A DNA stretch of 32,000 nucleotides, from positions 30,001-62,000 of the forward strand of contig DAOVER010000009.1 of the NCBI GenBank assembly GCA_030668875.1, read 5' to 3'. Of the stretch, positions 26,173 through 32,000 are shown one piece after another. The DNA is from Candidatus Heimdallarchaeota archaeon. Lineage in GTDB: Archaea; Asgardarchaeota; Heimdallarchaeia; Heimdallarchaeales; Heimdallarchaeaceae. A program made the translations under genes and the position numbers. The notes below the pieces were generated by a model. It made no database searches. It saw only the letters and a program-made list of their open reading frames with translations, and was not told the origin of the DNA. Numbering within the stretch: position 1 is the first letter of the stretch; every line of letters begins with the position of its first letter.

Positions 26173-27399
26173 TTAGTAAGGTAGAGAAGCATTGAATACA
26201 TCTTCATATTCACCAGGAATATCAGAACCAAATCTATAATAAATAGTATAGGTTATTTTGATTGTCAGGAGTAATGAGCTATTGTACTCATCTACGTTGA
26301 ATACTAACGTGCTTCCTATCAACAAATCCCCTTCTTTCTGATAGAACGAATACCAATACATGTGTCCTATTATTTTTCCATCTTGAATACCATATAGATC
26401 AAATGATTTCAATATTGCATCATATGAACCATCGTGTTTGAAATGAACATCCATTGGAAGATATACTATTCCTTCCCCTGAGAATTCATAGTTCAAAGGT
26501 TTAAGAGTAACACCATCAATTCCTGTTTCTACTCCAGGCGAGTTGATAATTGCATCTAGAATTGGTATTGCAATTATAATTGCTATGATTAATGAAGTGT
26601 ATATAATTAGTTTAGTTCTTTTTTTCTTAACTGTAAACAGCTCAATAAAATTCTTCTTGGTTTTCTCCCACCATTTAATCATTATCTCCTTGAAAGCAAC
26701 CACAAAGGATTTCTTAGATCCAGGTTTTTCCACTTTTTTATCTTCATCCTTTTCTGATGCTTCTTCTACAACTTCTGAAGATTTATTATTAGTTGTTTCT
26801 CTTTCTTTATCTTCATCTTCTTTCTTTTTATCTGGGACAAAGATCAAATAAAGAGCTACACCAATCAATAAACCTATGAGAAGATATCTAAAAACTGGGT
26901 ATTCTATTATCCAAAGTCTAAGATAACCAATTTTTGGAATAAGGAAAACCGTTTTCCCTATAACACTTTCATAAGGAATCAAAGATGTAGTCAAGCTAAA
27001 ATCATCTACCCAATCATTATTATCCCCACTTACTCTAAAGTAATATTGGTCTCCTTCTCCGCTTTCGACTATGGTGATATTCACCACGCGATGGATAACT
27101 AAAAGCGATGAAACTTCAGAATCATACACGATTACATCTCCAAGTTCAATATCTTCTGGAGCAGATTTGAGAAGGAGAAACATATCTCCTTGATCATATA
27201 CGGGACACATTGAAGAATTAGGACATGGTCCATTTTCAATTACCACTAACGAGATACCAAAGATACCTCCAAACATCATCTTAACAAAGAAGAACAAGAC
27301 CAGTGCCAAGACAATCATGTAAATGGATTCTTTAAGATTGATATTTTTCTTAATTTTATCTAGAGTAGAAGACATTGGGTGAGAGTAGGGGGAAGACAT
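26173..27399 (-). CDS. sec11: Signal peptidase I (Sec11/S26B type) with C-terminal extra TM and extracytoplasmic domain
   Basis: TM1, SSMCP (Ser63), GD, VIHRV (His103), GDNNDWVDD, IGK...IPKIG, TM2. Then about 220 extra residues. Confidence 0.85.
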   Translation of the reverse strand: MSSPYSHPMSSTLDKIKKNINLKESIYMIVLALVLFFFVKMMFGGIFGISLVVIENGPCPNSSMCPVYDQGDMFLLLKSAPEDIELGDVIVYDSEVSSLLVIHRVVNITIVESGEGDQYYFRVSGDNNDWVDDFSLTTSLIPYESVIGKTVFLIPKIGYLRLWIIEYPVFRYLLIGLLIGVALYLIFVPDKKKEDEDKERETTNNKSSEVVEEASEKDEDKKVEKPGSKKSFVVAFKEIMIKWWEKTKKNFIELFTVKKKRTKLIIYTSLIIAIIIAIPILDAIINSPGVETGIDGVTLKPLNYEFSGEGIVYLPMDVHFKHDGSYDAILKSFDLYGIQDGKIIGHMYWYSFYQKEGDLLIGSTLVFNVDEYNSSLLLTIKITYTIYYRFGSDIPGEYEDVFNASLPY

Positions 27400-27481
27400 T
27401 CTAAAATATTTCTATTCAAAGAGAAGGGTAGTTTTTGTAAGAATTCTCAAAATAATCAAATTTATATGGTATTTTCACCTA

Positions 27482-27802
27482 ATGTCACCCATGAAACCTC
27501 AATCACGATTAGCGAATGTAACTGAGATTAATGTGAAATCTAAAATTAGAGCTAAAAAAACCACCATTATAGAAATAAGAGGAAGACTAGGAGATACGGG
27601 ATGGCAGTTTTCGGAAGAAAAAGTATCAATTGATAAAAACAGCAATGTTCTTTCTATCACTTTAGGTATTTTCAAAAAGCCAGGCATGGCAGGAATGGAT
27701 GTTATAACTGAATTCGGAAGGGAAATTAATCTGATATTTCCACATAAAGGTAGTTGGAAAATTCGATGCAATAAACATGAAATTGATGTTGAAGTAAGGT
27801 AA
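27482..27802 (+). CDS. Hypothetical small beta-rich protein
   Basis: 106-aa ORF with alternating beta-strand pattern and plausible spacing from its neighbours. Weak resemblance to PrcB C-terminal-like domains. Confidence 0.6.
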   Translation: MSPMKPQSRLANVTEINVKSKIRAKKTTIIEIRGRLGDTGWQFSEEKVSIDKNSNVLSITLGIFKKPGMAGMDVITEFGREINLIFPHKGSWKIRCNKHEIDVEVR

Positions 27803-27876
27803 AATCATCACAAATTTAATGTTTCAACAAGCAATTGATACAAACGTTTAATATCTGTCGCGATTTTTGCCGGAAT

Positions 27877-28212
27877 ATGGAACGTGATAAACCTCTAATG
27901 GAATTATCATTGGAATATCTGAAAAACTTCGGTACACTCTCACATGATTTGTCATTAATAGATGGACCTCCTAAACATTCCATTGAATTTCTTATCATCA
28001 TCAAAGAACTTCTAGTTGGCGTATGGATACTAGACTGGAAAAGAAGTGTTGGAACAGATAAAATAATACATATTGAAAGGATAATTCAAAGATCTAACTT
28101 AAGTGGAGGTTTCATTATTGCTAACAATTTTTCACCTAATGCAAGAGAATTAGCTCTACAAACAGATACTCTTGAGTTGATAGAAAAGGCTGAAATTCTT
28201 TATCATACATGA
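27877..28212 (+). CDS. Restriction endonuclease (Mrr_cat)-like fold protein
   Basis: VWILDWKRSVG...I......NLSGGFIIANNFSPNARELA fits the Mrr_cat secondary-structure pattern. ATG at 27877 follows a TATA-like TTTAATAT. Confidence 0.55.
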   Translation: MERDKPLMELSLEYLKNFGTLSHDLSLIDGPPKHSIEFLIIIKELLVGVWILDWKRSVGTDKIIHIERIIQRSNLSGGFIIANNFSPNARELALQTDTLELIEKAEILYHT

Positions 28213-28220
28213 AAAGCTGC

Positions 28221-28925
28221 TTAATTCTGTTTACTCCCACAAAGAGGGCAATAGTAGGAATCTGAAGGAAGCCCATGTCCACATCTTACACAATATATCA
28301 TTGAATCATCACTCTTTTGTTGAACTGATGAGAGAATTTCAAATGTACGATGGATTAAATCAATTAATGCGAGAAAAGCATTCAATATATTCTCTTGATA
28401 ATTCTCGTTTTTTAGCTCTTTGTTATCTAGCTCAACTCTAGAAAAAGCGCAAAGATTAGTTGGTGTATTTGATATCTTAAGTTGTAATTCCTTTCTCAGC
28501 TTTGAAGGAAATTTGTCCCGATCACCAAGCATTACAGTCCCAAGAAACTTTCGATTAAGAAGAAGATCAGGATAACACGCATCAATAGTTGCATCAGATA
28601 GTAACTGATTCAAAAATGACTTAGAATCTGTTGATACATTGATTTTTGAGGATTTAGGTAGAAAAGTAACAAACTCATTACTTTCGATTTTTGAGTCATC
28701 GACCATCCAAATCATATCAATGATAGTGCTCTTCCCATCTTCATGTAACCTAGCAATTAATCTTGTTGGAATCACTTCACGGAGACGAAAACCATAGAAA
28801 GTATTTTTTTTATCATTATCATCAAAATACAAGGTTGGATAAAGAGCACTGCTGCTAATTGTTCCTTCATATATTGAGCTGATGGCTCTAAATATAATAT
28901 TAGCAGCGGTTTCCATTTGCTTCAT
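28221..28925 (-). CDS. Hypothetical protein with C-terminal zinc ribbon
   Basis: C-terminal CVRCG......YYCPLCG. Start uncertain (28943/28925/28916). The longer ORF is rejected because it overlaps the pilin gene. Confidence 0.7.
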   Translation of the reverse strand: MKQMETAANIIFRAISSIYEGTISSSALYPTLYFDDNDKKNTFYGFRLREVIPTRLIARLHEDGKSTIIDMIWMVDDSKIESNEFVTFLPKSSKINVSTDSKSFLNQLLSDATIDACYPDLLLNRKFLGTVMLGDRDKFPSKLRKELQLKISNTPTNLCAFSRVELDNKELKNENYQENILNAFLALIDLIHRTFEILSSVQQKSDDSMIYCVRCGHGLPSDSYYCPLCGSKQN

Positions 28926-29065
28926 ATAGTTAAGGACATACATCAATATAAACCATTGCGAATTTGCAAAAAGGGTGTTTTTAGAGAGGTTAAAAATTAC
29001 CACAAAAACAATCGCTATATTTTTAAACAATTTTCGACAAAGAGAAAAACAGTTCAAATAGTATA

Positions 29066-29494
29066 ATGGTGAATAAAAAAATGAAAAAGCGTGGTGTATC
29101 TCCAGTAATTGCAACAGTTCTTCTGATTGCATTAGTGACAGCTGCTGCTGCTATAGTATTTTTAGTAGTCATACCAATGCTTCAACCACCCCCCGAAGCA
29201 ATTATTAAAGGTGTGACCTATAATGATCTAGGTGATGGTAACTTCTCAGTTGCTATTACTGTTCTTGCTCAAGGAGCAGATATAGTATTCAATGGTACGG
29301 TAGAAGCCAATCCTACAGTAGTTTACCTTGTTGTTGACAGCACAACTCCGTTAAGTATTGGGAATGGTGTCCAAAAGATCATAACGGTCATAGGGTCATT
29401 CACTCCAGGACAAGCATATACTCTAACTCTAAGTTTTCTCGCTGGAAACAACGATGTTATAGGTATAGCTAGTTTCTCTCCTGTTGCAGCTTAA
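29066..29494 (+). CDS. Archaeal type IV pilin-like protein (class III signal peptide)
   Basis: Basic leader KKMKKRG, cleavage site G|VSPVIATVLLIAL, hydrophobic helix, small beta-rich globular domain. Confidence 0.88.
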   Translation: MVNKKMKKRGVSPVIATVLLIALVTAAAAIVFLVVIPMLQPPPEAIIKGVTYNDLGDGNFSVAITVLAQGADIVFNGTVEANPTVVYLVVDSTTPLSIGNGVQKIITVIGSFTPGQAYTLTLSFLAGNNDVIGIASFSPVAA

Positions 29495-29581
29495 TTAAAG
29501 TTTTTTTCCTTTTCTTCTTTTTCATTAAATCATATTCAAAAAGCACACCTTTATTTATAACAATAACATTTCTCATCAGCA

Positions 29582-30289
29582 ATGTTAAAGGAATTGTCGA
29601 AACCAGAAGCATCCACTGAACTAGAACAAATTGTAGCCAGACTGTATGGCGAACAAGTTTCTATCAAAGAGCTTATAGATTCAACAACTGCTTCAAAGAA
29701 AGCTTCTATTTCTCTTTTTTTGGAAAAGGAAGACGTTATAGGTTATTTAATTTGTATGCTAGAAATTGAAGTAGAGGAAGAAACAAAAGAAAAAATCAAA
29801 ACGTTGGTCATTGACGAAATTGTAATTCTACCTGATTTCCACAAACTTGAAACGGCTAAAGAACTAATAGTAGATATTGATAATCTATCAAAAAACAAAG
29901 AATGTTCAATGATAGAGATGACTTTGCCTAGCCAATCTTTCTGGATCATACCTATTTTCATACAAGAAGGAGAATATGTTACATCAGCATTAAGAGTAAC
30001 TAAAGAATTAGAAAAAAGAACGGAATTTGTTTCAATTTATAATAATGCAAATGAAAAAGTCAAACCAGAATTTACAGAAGTGATGGTATCTAAGAATGGT
30101 GCATATCAGCTAGAGATTATTGAAGAACCAACAGATTACAGAAAACTTCTGGAACAAGGTTTTAATCCTGAAATCATCAGTATGGTATTTTATATTGAAG
30201 ATGAAGCCATTGAGGAGAGTATGAAATTAATTAACAGTATAACAGAATGGCAAGAATATTCTATTTCATTAGTTAAAATGATAAAATAG
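29582..30289 (+). CDS. GNAT-fold domain protein with acidic C-terminal domain
   Basis: VIGYLIC...LVIDEIVILPDFHKLETAKELI follows GNAT beta4-alpha3 spacing but lacks the glycines of motif A. Confidence 0.55.
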   Translation: MLKELSKPEASTELEQIVARLYGEQVSIKELIDSTTASKKASISLFLEKEDVIGYLICMLEIEVEEETKEKIKTLVIDEIVILPDFHKLETAKELIVDIDNLSKNKECSMIEMTLPSQSFWIIPIFIQEGEYVTSALRVTKELEKRTEFVSIYNNANEKVKPEFTEVMVSKNGAYQLEIIEEPTDYRKLLEQGFNPEIISMVFYIEDEAIEESMKLINSITEWQEYSISLVKMIK

Positions 30290-30293
30290 AGTT

Positions 30294-31007
30294 TCATTGT
30301 TCTTTTGAATATAAGTTAATCATATCCCTCGTTTTTTTAGGACAGTCAGTAATTATTCCATCAACCTGTTTCTTAACAAGTTTTTGAATATCCTTTGGTC
30401 TATTTACAGTCCATGGATAAACTTTCTTCCCAAGACTGTGGTAATAATCTACATGAGAAGAAGACAATAAGCGATAATAAGGATTAATAGCAGAAATGAA
30501 GGAGTTCTTAGCCATCCTCTTTCCTTTTTTTGCAGGAAATAAGAATAGATATGCGAGAGCATAATCTAAAGCAGAATCACTTAGTCCAAACATCACATCA
30601 GAGAGAAAAGAACTTACAACGATTCGGTTAGAATCTGCACCTATATTGTTAAGAAAATCATCGAATTGATTTTTTGTCACAGAACACTTTATTTCAATAT
30701 TAAACTTAATTTTGGGGAGAAAACTCACTAGTACATTTTCCAGAAGTGGTATGTCATCCCCTGAGGGAAGCTTCATATTCTGAATAGCTTCTAGCTTTGT
30801 CTCTGCTATGACATATTCAAATTCTTCGAACTTAATTACTGGATCGTGATGAACTATAAAATTTCCATCACTTGTTAGATGAGTATCTAACTCTATCATA
30901 TCTGCTTTTTGTTGAATAGCTAGTTCAAAGGCTTTCATGGAATTCTGATAAGCATCTTCAGAAGCACCTCTGTGGGCGATTACTATAGGAGAATTATGAC
31001 CTGACAT
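30294..31007 (-). CDS. Glycerophosphodiester phosphodiesterase (GDPD/UgpQ family)
   Basis: IAHRGAS, NS..AF..A, IELD...TSDG..IVHHD, NIEIK, SSF, WTVN, DGIITD. Confidence 0.93.
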   Translation of the reverse strand: MSGHNSPIVIAHRGASEDAYQNSMKAFELAIQQKADMIELDTHLTSDGNFIVHHDPVIKFEEFEYVIAETKLEAIQNMKLPSGDDIPLLENVLVSFLPKIKFNIEIKCSVTKNQFDDFLNNIGADSNRIVVSSFLSDVMFGLSDSALDYALAYLFLFPAKKGKRMAKNSFISAINPYYRLLSSSHVDYYHSLGKKVYPWTVNRPKDIQKLVKKQVDGIITDCPKKTRDMINLYSKEQ

Positions 31008-31119
31008 CAAATTATATGAAATCAAACCATCTGATTAACTTTGTGCAAAATATCAAGTTTTTGTTTTTCTTATTCTCGATTCTCGACAGATTTTTAAAAA
31101 AATAAGTGGGGGAGTATAC

Positions 31120-32000
31120 ATGGAATATAAGATTAAAGACATTAATCTTGCCAATGAAGGCAGGAAAAAAATTGATTGGGCAGAATCAAGGATGCCTGTT
31201 ATGATGGAGTTAAGGAAAAAATTCAGTGAAACAAAACCATTAGCAGGAATGAAAGTCGCTGGCTGTCTTCATGTCACAAAAGAAACAGCTGTTTTAGTTG
31301 AAACACTCGTAGATGTAGGTGCGGAAGTTGCTTGGAGTGGATGTAATCCGTTATCAACAAAAGATGATGTCGCTGCTGCTTTGGCTGAAGAGAATATACC
31401 TATTTTTGCATGGTACGGAATGTCTACTGAAGAATTCTACTGGGCCATTGATAAAACACTTGAGATGAAACCAACACTAACACTTGATGATGGAGCAGAT
31501 CTTATTTTTAGGGTTCATTCTGATTTTCCTGAGCAAGCTGAGCAGATAATTGGAGGAACTGAGGAAACAACAACTGGAGTTCACAGATTACGTGCAATGG
31601 ATAGAGCAGGCAAATTACTGTATCCAGTTATTGCAGTCAATGATGCTGAGACTAAAAGTGATTTTGATAATGTATACGGAACTGGTCAATCAACTCTTGA
31701 TGGTATTTTAAGGTCAACAAACATCATTATAGCAGGCAAAATAGTTGTTATAGCAGGATATGGCCATTGTGGTAAAGGTCTAGCTAAGAATGCTTCGGGT
31801 TTAGGAGCTGACGTTATAATAACTGAGGTTGATCCCATTCAAGCTTTGAAAGCAGCTATGGATGGATTTCGTGTTATGCTAATGGATGAGGCAGCAAAGG
31901 AAGGGGATCTATTCATCACAGCTACAGGAATGAAAGATATTCTGGTTGAAAGACATTTCAAAGTTATGAAAGAAGGAGCTATTATCTGCAATACAGGCCA
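31120..32000 (+). CDS. ahcY: Adenosylhomocysteinase, truncated at window end
   Basis: Manual translation from ATG 31120: W...RMP, GCLHVTKETAVL, CNPLST.DDVAA, DDGAD, EETTTGV.RL, VNDA.TK..FDN.YGTGQS, GYGHCGKG, TEVDPI.AL.A.MDG, NTG. SD GGGGAG upstream. Confidence 0.97.
   Translation, partial: MEYKIKDINLANEGRKKIDWAESRMPVMMELRKKFSETKPLAGMKVAGCLHVTKETAVLVETLVDVGAEVAWSGCNPLSTKDDVAAALAEENIPIFAWYGMSTEEFYWAIDKTLEMKPTLTLDDGADLIFRVHSDFPEQAEQIIGGTEETTTGVHRLRAMDRAGKLLYPVIAVNDAETKSDFDNVYGTGQSTLDGILRSTNIIIAGKIVVIAGYGHCGKGLAKNASGLGADVIITEVDPIQALKAAMDGFRVMLMDEAAKEGDLFITATGMKDILVERHFKVMKEGAIICNTG

Noticed and set aside
28926-29132. N-terminal extension of the 303-aa ORF
   Set aside because: It overlaps the pilin gene on the opposite strand and its promoter region, and reads as non-coding F/L/N-rich sequence.
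1396-29961. Many short ORFs (60-110 aa) in the track lying antisense or out of frame inside longer genes, e.g. 1396-1590, 2541-2729, 3251-3448, 3668-3901, 8113-8313, 16581-16910, 22664-22924, 23270-23563, 26543-26851, 27499-27771, 29743-29961
   Set aside because: Fully nested in well-supported genes, no recognisable motifs, and composition typical of shadow ORFs.
1-32000. CRISPR array, transposase, integrase at the tRNA, prophage or rRNA
   Set aside because: No regularly spaced repeats, no mobile-element ORFs, no duplicated tRNA 3' end (att site) and no rRNA-like sequence were seen. The Cas4-like domain is part of a TM0106-type protein.

Overview
An AT-rich, gene-dense stretch of archaeal chromosome. 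The gene mix (two Rab-like and one Arf-like GTPase, GatDE, Rpo6, L44e, Sec11-type signal peptidase, archaeal pilin) points to an Asgard archaeon; this is an inference, with no phylogeny run. Housekeeping content includes gatED, coaD, sucCD, ahcY, rpo6, rpl44e, a MEMO1 homologue, an Ard1-like acetyltransferase and an intron-containing tRNA-His. I found no CRISPR array, transposase, integrase or rRNA. Three observations stand out. (1) A 1908-aa Lhr helicase carries about three tandem AlkZ/HTH_42-like modules and abuts, in frame, a 781-aa two-module partner whose first module keeps an AlkZ-type Q-F-Q catalytic motif; this is a candidate helicase-glycosylase crosslink-repair system. (2) The tRNA-His(GUG) has eukaryote-type identity features: A73, no encoded G-1, and U32. 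(3) A Sec11 signal peptidase is fused to an extra TM plus beta-rich domain that resembles eukaryotic SPCS3/Spc3 by eye. Also present are a frameshifted polyprenol-kinase paralogue split at an A-AAA-AAT heptamer and several apparent pseudo-enzymes. All family calls come from motif recognition by eye, not database searches.
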